DNA from: an uncultured archaeon
Lineage (GTDB): Archaea; Asgardarchaeota; Thorarchaeia; Thorarchaeales; CAZPUN01
Direction: 5' to 3'
DNA length: 32,000 nucleotides
NCBI GenBank assembly: GCA_964589775.1
Contig: CAZPUN010000018.1
Span: forward strand, 23,114 to 55,113
The position numbers and the translations under genes were made by a program. The notes beneath the pieces are model-generated. The model saw nothing but the letters and a program-made list of their open reading frames with translations. It was not told the origin of the DNA and did no database searches. Shown piece after piece: positions 8,568-17,355 of this stretch (positions within the stretch are counted from its first letter, which is position 1; the number at the start of each line of letters is the position of its first letter).

Positions 8568-9620
8568 CTATTCAAATAGTTTAATGACTTGCTCGAAATA
8601 ATTAGGACCATATGTCAATACAAGTTGGTAATAATCACGTGTTTTTGTAAATACATGTTCGACCATGCCATAAGCATAGCCAATCTCGTCTTTGAATAAT
8701 TGCATTCGAAATTCTTCAACGTAATTGACAATACGTTCGATTTCATATTGCGTTATACCATCAATAACATCCAATACTTCAATTCCATAAACAGTAGGCA
8801 TGAATCCATTTCCTAAATCATTAATCACGCGGAATTTAATACCCGTCCATCCAACTTTCTTAATATCAACAATTTCATTATATTCATTGTTAATTTCAGC
8901 CCATTTTCGTACGGGTTCCCATTCGATCTTTACAGTACGATTCAATTTTTTTGAACTAAAAATAGAATAAATTCGCTTCCGCTTCTGATACCAACCATAT
9001 TCTTTTTTACTATAACGTTGAAAATTCCAATGTTCAGGTGGGTCATCAATGGTCCAGCTATTAAATTCATTTTCAAAAATGTCTTTCGAATAAAGAGAGC
9101 CAAGTACTTCAAATAATTCATGAAGCTCTTTTTGCCCGTAAATTATAAAATCTACATCTGAATACTTGATATTATAAAATCCATGTAAAATTGAACCAAA
9201 AATACCAAAATCATCTAAATGAAGATTCGATATATCCAAGACGTGATCGAGAATTTCACGCATTGTATCAATTAATGGATCATGAAACTCGGAATTGTAA
9301 ATTTGCTTTAGATATTCATCGGGTCTTCGTACTTCTCGGACTTGTTGCGAAGAGATACCAACTGCATCTCCAAGAAACTTATGTGGCATTACATACTGTG
9401 GATATTTTTCCCTAACAAAATTTAATCCACCATCAAAATAAAATTTGTAATAGAGCGTTTTCCCTCCATCTCGAACTGCTCTGCGCTCATCTGTAGAATA
9501 TATGGATTCTGGAGCGTATTCCACATCGCAAAACGCAGCATCGTGCGGATGGTCGTATCCGAATACTCTGAAAATTATTCCTTCTGGACTTATGGGCGCA
9601 TCACGATCTCTAAATTTCAT
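8568..9620 (-). CDS. COG1665-type predicted nucleotidyltransferase, paralog 3
   Basis: Motif FGIFGSILHG...SDVDFIIYG; N-terminus MKFRDRD...GYDHP. ATGA overlap with larB. Confidence 0.85.
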   Translation of the reverse strand: MKFRDRDAPISPEGIIFRVFGYDHPHDAAFCDVEYAPESIYSTDERRAVRDGGKTLYYKFYFDGGLNFVREKYPQYVMPHKFLGDAVGISSQQVREVRRPDEYLKQIYNSEFHDPLIDTMREILDHVLDISNLHLDDFGIFGSILHGFYNIKYSDVDFIIYGQKELHELFEVLGSLYSKDIFENEFNSWTIDDPPEHWNFQRYSKKEYGWYQKRKRIYSIFSSKKLNRTVKIEWEPVRKWAEINNEYNEIVDIKKVGWTGIKFRVINDLGNGFMPTVYGIEVLDVIDGITQYEIERIVNYVEEFRMQLFKDEIGYAYGMVEHVFTKTRDYYQLVLTYGPNYFEQVIKLFE

Positions 9621-10402
9621 TTTGATTTCCCTCTATATTTTGCAACACGATTCGCAAGCAATGCTGCAAAAGACCCCGCACCAATTCCATTATCTATGTT
9701 TACTACAGATAAACCAGGAACACACGATTGTAGCATAGACATTAGAGCAGCTTGACCTTCACCGCCATAGCCATATCCAACGCTAACAGGTACGCCGATT
9801 ACAGGTATGTCAACCATACTCGCAACTACTGAAGGTAGTGCGCCTTCCATTCCAGCTACTGCAATAATAACATCTACATCATGTTCAAATACATCTTTTA
9901 ATGCATTAAACAATCTATGAATTCCTGCAATACCTACATCATAATAAGTGTATACTGAACATCCCATGAGTTCAGCAATGATTTTAGCTTCCTCAGCAAC
10001 AGGAATATCAGATGTACCAGCACAAACTACTGCAACATTCCCACCATATTTGGGAATTTCATACCCCCTACGTTTCACAACAACTGCATGAGCCCGCTCA
10101 TTAATCTCGAGATCATATTCCGCCTTCAATGTTTTAAGCGCCAAAATATGTTTGTCCGTGGCTCTAGTAACTAAAATAGCATTCTGCTCCTCCAACGATT
10201 TACGAACAATCTTGATAACATCATCAGGCGTCTTCCACTTGGCTAACACCATTTCCGGAACGCCAGAACGTATATCACGATTTACATCAATTTTGGCAAT
10301 ATCATCGATCTCAGCAATGGCGCTTATCTTGATATATTTTAGTGCTTCTTCAAATGAAATTTTATCCATCTTAAATTTTTTTAAAACTTCTTCTAAGTTC
10401 AT
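9617..10402 (-). CDS. larB: Nickel-pincer cofactor biosynthesis protein LarB (PurE-like NCAIR mutase family)
   Basis: AKIDVNRDIRSGVPE, AGTSDIPVAEEA, DVGIAGIHRL, AGMEGALPSVV, GVPVSVGYG, SCVPGLSVVNIDNGIGA. Confidence 0.93.
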   Translation of the reverse strand: MNLEEVLKKFKMDKISFEEALKYIKISAIAEIDDIAKIDVNRDIRSGVPEMVLAKWKTPDDVIKIVRKSLEEQNAILVTRATDKHILALKTLKAEYDLEINERAHAVVVKRRGYEIPKYGGNVAVVCAGTSDIPVAEEAKIIAELMGCSVYTYYDVGIAGIHRLFNALKDVFEHDVDVIIAVAGMEGALPSVVASMVDIPVIGVPVSVGYGYGGEGQAALMSMLQSCVPGLSVVNIDNGIGAGSFAALLANRVAKYRGKSK

Positions 10403-10472
10403 CGTGCATTCACCGTTAGTTACACGTCTTTATTTTAAAGAATAATAAAGTATCGTTTTCATATATCAATAA

Positions 10473-10492
10473 TATTGTGAATTATCCCAATA
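10473..10492. promoter_or_regulatory. Imperfect palindrome TATTGTG-AATTAT-CCCAATA, putative operator
   Basis: Lies in the divergent larB / 10568 intergenic region next to an AT-rich TATA-like element. Same geometry as the sites at 25004 and 29138. Confidence 0.45.
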
Positions 10493-10521
10493 TATTTATA
10501 TTTACTTTTCTACTAAATATT

Positions 10522-10550
10522 TTTGTGAGATATAAAAAAATTCTCACAAA
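10522..10550. repeat. Perfect 9-bp inverted repeat TTTGTGAGA-N11-TCTCACAAA
   Basis: Read directly from the sequence; ends 3 nt before the AAGGAGG RBS. Confidence 0.7.
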
Positions 10551-10567
10551 TTTAAGGAGGCTTAAAA

Positions 10568-12403
10568 ACGGACCCGGAAATTTTAGCAGCAATTAAAGCT
10601 GTAACTCTAAAACCAGATTGGATGACTAATGATAAATTGGAAGCAGGCGTACGAGGCTATGGTGTCCTCGCAATGCCTGCCTTGGCTGTAGCAAATTCTG
10701 TAGCAAGTGACGTATTACAAGGTCTAAGTATTAAACTTGACGATGCGGCAGCACCTATTATACCTTTGGATATTATTCTTCAGCATGCCGTAGATGTTGC
10801 AATGAAGAATGGTGTCGCACCATCTAACGCTGCATTACTTGCAGCTGCAACAGTATACTTGGCAGGATCCGGAGCACGAGCAGGCGTACCCATGGCAAAC
10901 CGAAAGGTTGGAGCAATGGCGAGAATATATGCTGGAGCTACTAGAACAACTGCGATTTCCTTATCTACAAACAAATTCACGAACCGAATTACTGCATTCC
11001 CAGCATACCTTGCAGTCTATCAAGAATTAATGGATAAGAAGCTGACGAAGATTGATGGAGATATACTACCGTTATTCCTGTCAGGTGGAGCCATTTATGG
11101 ACATAGCGCGTTAGGCGAAGATTACATGGTACCTGAGCTAGCATTCAACGCAGCAAAAGTTGGAGCTGAAGCAATGCGAAAAGCCTTTGCAGGTGCAGGA
11201 ATGACCCCAAGTCCATTATGGTGTGGTTTGATTGCTGCGGCAGTTACTATGGAAATAGTACATCCCGACTCATTTGTTCCTGAAGATGTTGCTCCATTTG
11301 GAACTAAGACGTCATCATACTTTGCAGGAAAAGGTGCTGTTGCCGGTGCTAAATTACCAGAGAAGATTCATTGGAGACTAACTGGTGAGGAAGTAGAGAC
11401 TGCAGATATTATAGGCGATTTTGGTTTGATCCTTAAGGACATTGGCGGTCCATCTATGATCGGTTCAATGGCACTAAATGAAATGTTTGCGGGATTTGAA
11501 GAAGCACCACTAATGTATGCAGGATTCTCTGGAGGACCTGTAAACGCACCAACTGGACACTTGCACAGTGATGCAATTCCTGTAATTCGCGTTTTGATGC
11601 AAAATGGTGGAGACTTGGACGATGCAGCTGAAAAACTAAGAAAGGACAAACTAAACAGATTCATTGATCCTGAAATGGCAATGGTAGGTACAAACAATGT
11701 CGCCAAGAAGGCGGAACAAATTAATAGAGGACCAGTAACTGAGGTACTTATCAAAGCAACTGAACCCATAGTCGTAAGAGCGGCATATAGAAGAGCTGTC
11801 AAAGCATATGAAATGTTAAAGGCAGGAAAGAGTGTCGGAGAAGTTGCACATGCATTAGATGAAGAGAGATTACATTACGTCGAGAAGAGAGGCTCAATGA
11901 TCCTTAGTGGATTCCTGAAGATGCTTGGTGTATTGAAGGAAGGCTTGGAACTCAAGTTTACCGATATTCATGCACAAGCACGAAGACATGATCCATTTAC
12001 AGCAAAATACTGGGGATTTGATTCATACATTAGTTACGATGTAACAATGGATGGAAAGAAATACCACATTGAAAACTTATCAGCGAAAGCAACTCCAGAA
12101 TATGTCATCGAAGGTAAGAATAGAGATGATCCATTGTATAACTGGGCATTATTCGTAGGAAACGTTGTTGGACAGGAACTTCAATACATTGGATTTAGCA
12201 TTATGAACATTACAATACCTGCGGCAATTGCAATTGCAATGGGACAAGACATTAAGAAAGCCGCAAAAGAAGCTGAAAAGGGTGCATACTTAACCGCTGC
12301 AATTCCTGGTGGAAAAGTAAATGCACGATTAGTAGGTAACATGGCGAAACAGATCGTAGACTTCCTCAAGATGAAGGAACACGACATCTTACCACCAATG
12401 TAA
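10568..12403 (+). CDS. Uncharacterised Ala/Gly-rich ~610-aa soluble protein, probably an enzyme
   Basis: 593 aa from ATG 10622. The frame is open upstream to a TAA at 10553. AAGGAGG at 10554-10560 lies 7 nt before ACG 10568, giving (M)DPEILAAIKAVTLKPDWM. No family recognised. Confidence 0.8.
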   Translation, partial: TDPEILAAIKAVTLKPDWMTNDKLEAGVRGYGVLAMPALAVANSVASDVLQGLSIKLDDAAAPIIPLDIILQHAVDVAMKNGVAPSNAALLAAATVYLAGSGARAGVPMANRKVGAMARIYAGATRTTAISLSTNKFTNRITAFPAYLAVYQELMDKKLTKIDGDILPLFLSGGAIYGHSALGEDYMVPELAFNAAKVGAEAMRKAFAGAGMTPSPLWCGLIAAAVTMEIVHPDSFVPEDVAPFGTKTSSYFAGKGAVAGAKLPEKIHWRLTGEEVETADIIGDFGLILKDIGGPSMIGSMALNEMFAGFEEAPLMYAGFSGGPVNAPTGHLHSDAIPVIRVLMQNGGDLDDAAEKLRKDKLNRFIDPEMAMVGTNNVAKKAEQINRGPVTEVLIKATEPIVVRAAYRRAVKAYEMLKAGKSVGEVAHALDEERLHYVEKRGSMILSGFLKMLGVLKEGLELKFTDIHAQARRHDPFTAKYWGFDSYISYDVTMDGKKYHIENLSAKATPEYVIEGKNRDDPLYNWALFVGNVVGQELQYIGFSIMNITIPAAIAIAMGQDIKKAAKEAEKGAYLTAAIPGGKVNARLVGNMAKQIVDFLKMKEHDILPPM

Positions 12404-12409
12404 AATAGT

Positions 12410-12432
12410 CTTTTTCCCTCTTTTTTTATTTT
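12410..12432 (+). terminator. Putative oligo-T terminator
   Basis: CTTTTTCCCTCTTTTTTTATTTT directly after the stop at 12403. Confidence 0.5.
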
Positions 12433-12461
12433 GAATAAAGCGAGGAGTTGAAAAACATAAT

Positions 12462-12956
12462 ATGATGATATTTGTAACGGTCGACAACATTACTGGTGAA
12501 ATCATACCATATCTCATCGATGTTGTAATGGAGAAAGGCGCGAAGAATGTTCATGTAATACCAGCGATTACAAAAAAGGGAAGACCGGAATACATATTTC
12601 TTGTAGATGTTGAAGAAAAGTTCTTTGAAGATGTTATTTCATTTCTAATAGCAGAACTTGGAACAATTGGATATAGGATATTACAAGACGAGCATAGATA
12701 TTTAGATTATGAAATTATTGAACAAGAAATAAAAATCATAATAGAAGACATTGAAGAATTTCAGAAAATTAGAATTAAAAAAATAAAGAACAAGGAAGGC
12801 AAGACAACAACTGTTAATGTGGAGTATGAGGATCTCAAAAGATTAGCTAATTATTTGCAGAGTAATGGTATTCATATTCCAATTTCAAAATTAAAGAGTA
12901 AAATCGAAACAGGCTTCTTAGCAGGTACTGATATAATAATAAAAAAAGAAAAATGA
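12462..12956 (+). CDS. LarC C-terminal-domain-only protein (DUF111 / nickel insertion protein family)
   Basis: VDNITGEIIPYLID...GAKNVHVIPAITKKGRP...ELGTIGYR...IRIK...NVEYEDLKRLA matches the LarC C-terminal pattern. The N-terminal and His-rich regions are absent. Confidence 0.8.
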   Translation: MMIFVTVDNITGEIIPYLIDVVMEKGAKNVHVIPAITKKGRPEYIFLVDVEEKFFEDVISFLIAELGTIGYRILQDEHRYLDYEIIEQEIKIIIEDIEEFQKIRIKKIKNKEGKTTTVNVEYEDLKRLANYLQSNGIHIPISKLKSKIETGFLAGTDIIIKKEK

Positions 12957-12961
12957 GAAAA

Positions 12962-13861
12962 TTATTTCTTCTTTTTAGCTACTTTTGCCTTTGCAATTTC
13001 AAAAGCTTCATCAAGACCAAAGAACGTTCCAGGCGTATTTATGGCATTTTTAATTAGAGTCTTTTCGGTCTTTAACTTAATATCACCAATTGCCAATGAA
13101 CCAATACCAAGAACATTTGGTACAACTTCTTTGTTAGCATCCCATTTTGCCTTAAGACCTTCGACACCTTCAGGAGGCACAGCATTTACATCAGCTACAA
13201 GTCGAAGCTTTGGAAGTTTTTCCAGAACCTCTTTTGAAATTAACTGAATACCTGCAGGGCCCGCAGAAATTATTACATCTGCTTCTTTACAAACTTCAAC
13301 CTTAGACTCAGTATCCCAACGTGCAGTCTTGATTCTATTTGAACCAACTTGTGCGTTTAGGTTTGCAGCTATTTCACTAGTGTCAAAAATATCCGCAATA
13401 GTCACAAACGCACCACTCTTAGCAAGCAAATATGCCGAATAGCGGCCTACACGACCACCACCGCCAAGTACTACAACATTTGCGGACTCTACTTTCATAC
13501 CTAGTATGTTTTCCATTGCATCTTCTACCTTTGCAACTAAAGCAGCGCTTGTAGTATATGCACCTCGAGGATCAGCTACAGTGCTCAGCTGAAATGGAGG
13601 AAACATTATGCTTTTTGCCATATTGAATATTTCTTCAGCTAAATCAGCATTTCCACCACCAATGAATAATACAGTGTGTGCAGCGCCTCCGGGTCCTCTT
13701 GGAAACATAGCATCTTGAATTAATGTTTTCACCTCATCTTTTGATACATTACCATAGAGCAGAACACTATCAGCTCCGGCATCGTACATAAGTAATGCAT
13801 CAAAAGGACTTGGATGTTTATCAGTACTCAAAAACAGAACGAGATTTTTATAATCTGCCAT
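12962..13861 (-). CDS. NAD(P)-dependent methylene-H4MPT dehydrogenase (MtdA/MtdB/MtdC family)
   Basis: TDKHPSPFDALLMYDAGAD, QDAMFPRGP, LFIGG, FPPF..S..ADPRGAYTTSAALVA, Rossmann GGGGRVG, ADVNAVPPEGVEG, GSLAIGDIK. GGAGG RBS upstream. Confidence 0.92.
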   Translation of the reverse strand: MADYKNLVLFLSTDKHPSPFDALLMYDAGADSVLLYGNVSKDEVKTLIQDAMFPRGPGGAAHTVLFIGGGNADLAEEIFNMAKSIMFPPFQLSTVADPRGAYTTSAALVAKVEDAMENILGMKVESANVVVLGGGGRVGRYSAYLLAKSGAFVTIADIFDTSEIAANLNAQVGSNRIKTARWDTESKVEVCKEADVIISAGPAGIQLISKEVLEKLPKLRLVADVNAVPPEGVEGLKAKWDANKEVVPNVLGIGSLAIGDIKLKTEKTLIKNAINTPGTFFGLDEAFEIAKAKVAKKKK

Positions 13862-13966
13862 ATGTTAATCCTCCTTTTTTTTGCTATAGCTATATAAACA
13901 AAAATATATTTATGTGTTATTGCTAGATATATCTACTCGGTACATAAAAAATAAGAGTTGATTTTG

Positions 13967-14359
13967 ATGCTAAAAGCCACCTTAATAACCGGCAGAACTA
14001 TGCATCAAGGAATGGGCCTTGAATATGGCAAATTTTCTGAATTTTATAAAGAAAAAGTAGCTATAATTTTCATAGATCCGGAAGATTTAGAAAAAAGTAA
14101 CATTCAACATGGTGATACTGTAAGGGTAAAGACACCATACGGCGAAACAGTAGTAGTTGCACAAAAGTCTAAAGAAGCCCCACATAAAGGACTTGTTTTT
14201 ATGCCCTACGGACCGTGGGCAAACCTAATCTCTGGAGCTGAAACAAACGGAACTGGTATGCCGCATTTTAAAGGAATCCCATGCGAAATAGAAAGAGCGC
14301 CTAATTCCAAAGTCCTCGACCTTGAAGCTCTTCTTATGCAATATCTCGGAGATGAATAA
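13967..14359 (+). CDS. fwdD: Formylmethanofuran dehydrogenase subunit D (molybdopterin dinucleotide-binding)
   Basis: LITGRT..QG, GLVFMPYGPWAN, TNGTGMPHFKGI. First gene of fwdDBAC; alternative TTG starts at 13958 and 13964. Confidence 0.93.
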   Translation: MLKATLITGRTMHQGMGLEYGKFSEFYKEKVAIIFIDPEDLEKSNIQHGDTVRVKTPYGETVVVAQKSKEAPHKGLVFMPYGPWANLISGAETNGTGMPHFKGIPCEIERAPNSKVLDLEALLMQYLGDE

Positions 14360-14361
14360 TA

Positions 14362-15651
14362 TTGAGAACAATAACAGACGTTGTTTGCCCTGTTTGTGGT
14401 TGTCTTTGTGACGACCTTGAAGTTCATATTGATGATAATGACCAGATTGTTAAGGTTAAAAATGCGTGCAATTCATCAATTGCAAAGTTTACAAGTGTAA
14501 TGAAAGAACGCATATTAAAACCGAGAGTACATGGGAAAGAAGTCTCATTAGATGAAGCAATTGATGAAGCCGCTAAAATTCTTGCGAACTCAAAATTCCC
14601 CTTATTGTATGGATGGAGTACCACCACGGTTGAAGCAACCAAGAAAGGGATTCTACTTGCTGAGCTTTTAGGTGGAGTAATTGATAATACGTCTTCAGTA
14701 TGTCATGGACCTACAGTATTAGGGATCCAAGAGGCAGGAGTTATCACAGGAACACTTGGAGACGTAAAAAATCGTGCAGATCTCATAATATACTGGGGTA
14801 GTAATCCATTAGAATCACACCAGATGCATTTGACTAGATATAGCTATATGTCAAAAGGACGATTCTATAAAAGCAAAAAGGAACGCACAATGGTTGTAGT
14901 TGATGTAAGAAAGACTCGAACTGCAAGATTAGCTAACAAGTTCATACAAATTAGACCGGGAGAAGACTTTGAATTAGCTGCAGCCTTGAGAATGGCAATA
15001 AAAGGGCAAGTCATCGAGCAAGAAGAAGTAGCTGGAGTCCCCGTTTCTGAAATTGAAAAATTTGCAGACATGCTAATTTCTGCAAGACATGGTGTTATTT
15101 TCTTTGGAATGGGAGTTACAATGAGTGAAGGTAAATTTGCAAATATTGAGCAACTTGTTAGACTTGTCCAAGATTTAAACGGCTTCACTAAATTCATCAT
15201 GATTCCTATGAGAGGACATTATAATGTAAAGGGTTCGGGTTCAGTATTAGATTGGATTACAGGATATCCGTTTGGTGTCGATTTCAGCCGTGAATATCCA
15301 TTTTATAATCCCGGAGATACTACATCCGTAGATATTTTGAGACGAAAAGAATGTGATTCAGCCCTCGTCGTAGCATCAGACCCTGTAGCACACTTTCCGA
15401 TCTCAGTTATAAAATATCTTAAGAAAATACCACTAATCGCTATAGACCCTCACGAATCAGCTACGACAAAAATAGCAGATGTTGTGATTCCGACTGCAAT
15501 TGCAGGAATCGAAGCTGAAGGCACAGCCTATAGAATGGATGCAGTACCATTGAAGTTAAAGAAATTAATCGAACCGCCGGAAGGAATACTTACCGACGAA
15601 GAAGTCCTTGAGCGAATCTACGAACGCGTAAAGGAGATTAAGGGGGACTAA
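14362..15651 (+). CDS. fwdB: Formylmethanofuran dehydrogenase subunit B (W/Mo-bisPGD, [4Fe-4S])
   Basis: CPVCGCLCDD...NAC Fe-S motif, SSVCHGP metal-ligand Cys, KNRADLIIYWGSNP, PMRGHYNV, GTAYRMD. TTG start. Confidence 0.96.
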   Translation: MRTITDVVCPVCGCLCDDLEVHIDDNDQIVKVKNACNSSIAKFTSVMKERILKPRVHGKEVSLDEAIDEAAKILANSKFPLLYGWSTTTVEATKKGILLAELLGGVIDNTSSVCHGPTVLGIQEAGVITGTLGDVKNRADLIIYWGSNPLESHQMHLTRYSYMSKGRFYKSKKERTMVVVDVRKTRTARLANKFIQIRPGEDFELAAALRMAIKGQVIEQEEVAGVPVSEIEKFADMLISARHGVIFFGMGVTMSEGKFANIEQLVRLVQDLNGFTKFIMIPMRGHYNVKGSGSVLDWITGYPFGVDFSREYPFYNPGDTTSVDILRRKECDSALVVASDPVAHFPISVIKYLKKIPLIAIDPHESATTKIADVVIPTAIAGIEAEGTAYRMDAVPLKLKKLIEPPEGILTDEEVLERIYERVKEIKGD

Positions 15652-15654
15652 AAA

Positions 15655-17346
15655 TTGGAAATACTAATTAAAAATGGGTTTGTTTTTGATCCAACAAACA
15701 ATATAGATGGAGACGTTATGGATATTCATATTAGGGATGGAAAAATTGTACAAGAAGTCAGTGAGAGTGCAAAAGTAATTGATGCAAAAGGAAAGATCGT
15801 CATGCCGGGCGGAGTGGATATTCATACACATATTGCAGGAGCAAAAATCAATGCAGCCCGACTTTTTAGACCTGAGGATCATTATCGAAGAGTCGTACCT
15901 AAAACAAAATTAACACATTCAGGAGTTGGGTATTCTACGCCTACTTCATATATTACAGGGTATAGATATGCAAGATTAGGATACACAACAGTTATTGAAG
16001 CTGCCTCGCCACCTCTTGAAACAAGACATACACATGAGGAATTAAATGACTTGCCCATGCTTGACAAGGCAACATATATTGTTTTAGGAAATAATTGGAC
16101 AATTTTAGATTATTTAAGTGAAGGCGATTTGGAAAAAGCAGCAGCCTATGTATCATGGGTATTAAAAGCAGTAAAAGGATATGGTATAAAAATTGTAAAT
16201 CCCGGTGGTGTTGAATTATGGGGCTGGGGCAGAAATGTTGATAGTATTGATGATACAGTAGAGCCTTTTAATCTGACACCACGCGAAATTTTACGCGGCT
16301 TAGCGAAAATCAATACGATGCTGGATTTGCCACATACAATTCATGTACATAGTAACAATCTAGGAAAGCCAGGAAATGCATATACGACATACCAAACTAT
16401 GGATGCAGTCAGCGATTTGGCAGGCAGCAATCCAAACATTCACATAACTCATATTCAATTTACGGGATATGCAGGGGATGATTGGCTATCGCTTAGATCC
16501 GGTGCCGAAAAGTTATCTAAATATATCAATATGCATAAACATGTTACTTTTGATCTAGGACAGGTTATTTTTGGCGATACGACTACAATGACCGCAGATG
16601 GTCCATTCCAATATATCTTGTATAACCTTACCCACAACAAATGGACCGGAGGAGAAGTAGAAGCAGAAGCCAGTTCAGGTATTGTTCCATATTCATATAA
16701 GAAAAAGAATTACGTGAATTCAATTCAATGGGCAATTGGACTTGAAATGGCACTTATGGTAAAAGACCCGTGGAGAACATTTATGACAACAGATCATCCA
16801 AATGGTGGAAACTTTCTTGAATATCCCCGCGTGATTACTTGGCTAATGAGTACGCTTGCACGAGAACGCTCATTGAAGAAGATCAATAAACGAGCCAGAA
16901 AGAGATTAGCACTTCCAACACTCGACAGAGAATATAGCTTTTATGAAATTGCAATTATTACACGCGCTGCAACTGCAAAAGCATTAAGCATGAAAAACAA
17001 AGGCCATTTAGGTATCGGGGCGGATGCAGATGTTGCAATATATGACATAAATCCAGAAACAATTAATCAAACAAATGATTACCTGAAGATAAGAAAAGCC
17101 CTCAGACATGCAGCATACACCATTAAAGGTGGAGAGATTGTGGTAAAAGATGGGGAAATTGTTCAAGTGGTAGACGGCGAAACATATTGGGTGGATTCTA
17201 AAATTAGAGATGAATTGATGCAGTCAGTCATTCCTGAATTAAAAGAGAAATTCAAGCAATATTACACGGTCAGTTTCAATAACTTCCCAATTGCTGAAAA
17301 AGAGCTATTACATTCACGAAGAATTCAAAGAAAAGGAAAAATATGA
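15655..17346 (+). CDS. fwdA: Formylmethanofuran dehydrogenase subunit A (amidohydrolase)
   Basis: GGVDIHTHIAG, KIVNPGG, HTIHVH.NNLG.PGN, HITHIQF, TTMTADGP, QWAIGLE, TTDHPNGG. TTG start. Confidence 0.97.
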   Translation: MEILIKNGFVFDPTNNIDGDVMDIHIRDGKIVQEVSESAKVIDAKGKIVMPGGVDIHTHIAGAKINAARLFRPEDHYRRVVPKTKLTHSGVGYSTPTSYITGYRYARLGYTTVIEAASPPLETRHTHEELNDLPMLDKATYIVLGNNWTILDYLSEGDLEKAAAYVSWVLKAVKGYGIKIVNPGGVELWGWGRNVDSIDDTVEPFNLTPREILRGLAKINTMLDLPHTIHVHSNNLGKPGNAYTTYQTMDAVSDLAGSNPNIHITHIQFTGYAGDDWLSLRSGAEKLSKYINMHKHVTFDLGQVIFGDTTTMTADGPFQYILYNLTHNKWTGGEVEAEASSGIVPYSYKKKNYVNSIQWAIGLEMALMVKDPWRTFMTTDHPNGGNFLEYPRVITWLMSTLARERSLKKINKRARKRLALPTLDREYSFYEIAIITRAATAKALSMKNKGHLGIGADADVAIYDINPETINQTNDYLKIRKALRHAAYTIKGGEIVVKDGEIVQVVDGETYWVDSKIRDELMQSVIPELKEKFKQYYTVSFNNFPIAEKELLHSRRIQRKGKI

Positions 17347-17355
17347 GGGATCACA

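Noticed and set aside
8565-8570. Convergent stops abutting with zero gap (also 30236-30241)
   Set aside because: Consistent with ordinary compact archaeal gene packing; no further signal.
6529-9620. NTases as CBASS cyclases or MNT-HEPN toxin-antitoxin pairs
   Set aside because: The size and three-domain architecture fit COG1665, and no effector, Cap or HEPN gene is adjacent.
10568-12403. Methyl-coenzyme M reductase subunit
   Set aside because: It is Ala/Gly-rich and helical, but I see no McrA/B motifs and no other mcr genes.
12462-12956. larC pseudogene or frameshifted larC
   Set aside because: It is an intact ORF with its own RBS-like GAGGAG, and the upstream sequence has no LarC N-terminal (D...G.SGDM) remnant.
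14362-15651. Selenocysteine recoding in FwdB
   Set aside because: The ligand position is an ordinary Cys (SSVCHGP, TGT codon) and there is no in-frame TGA.
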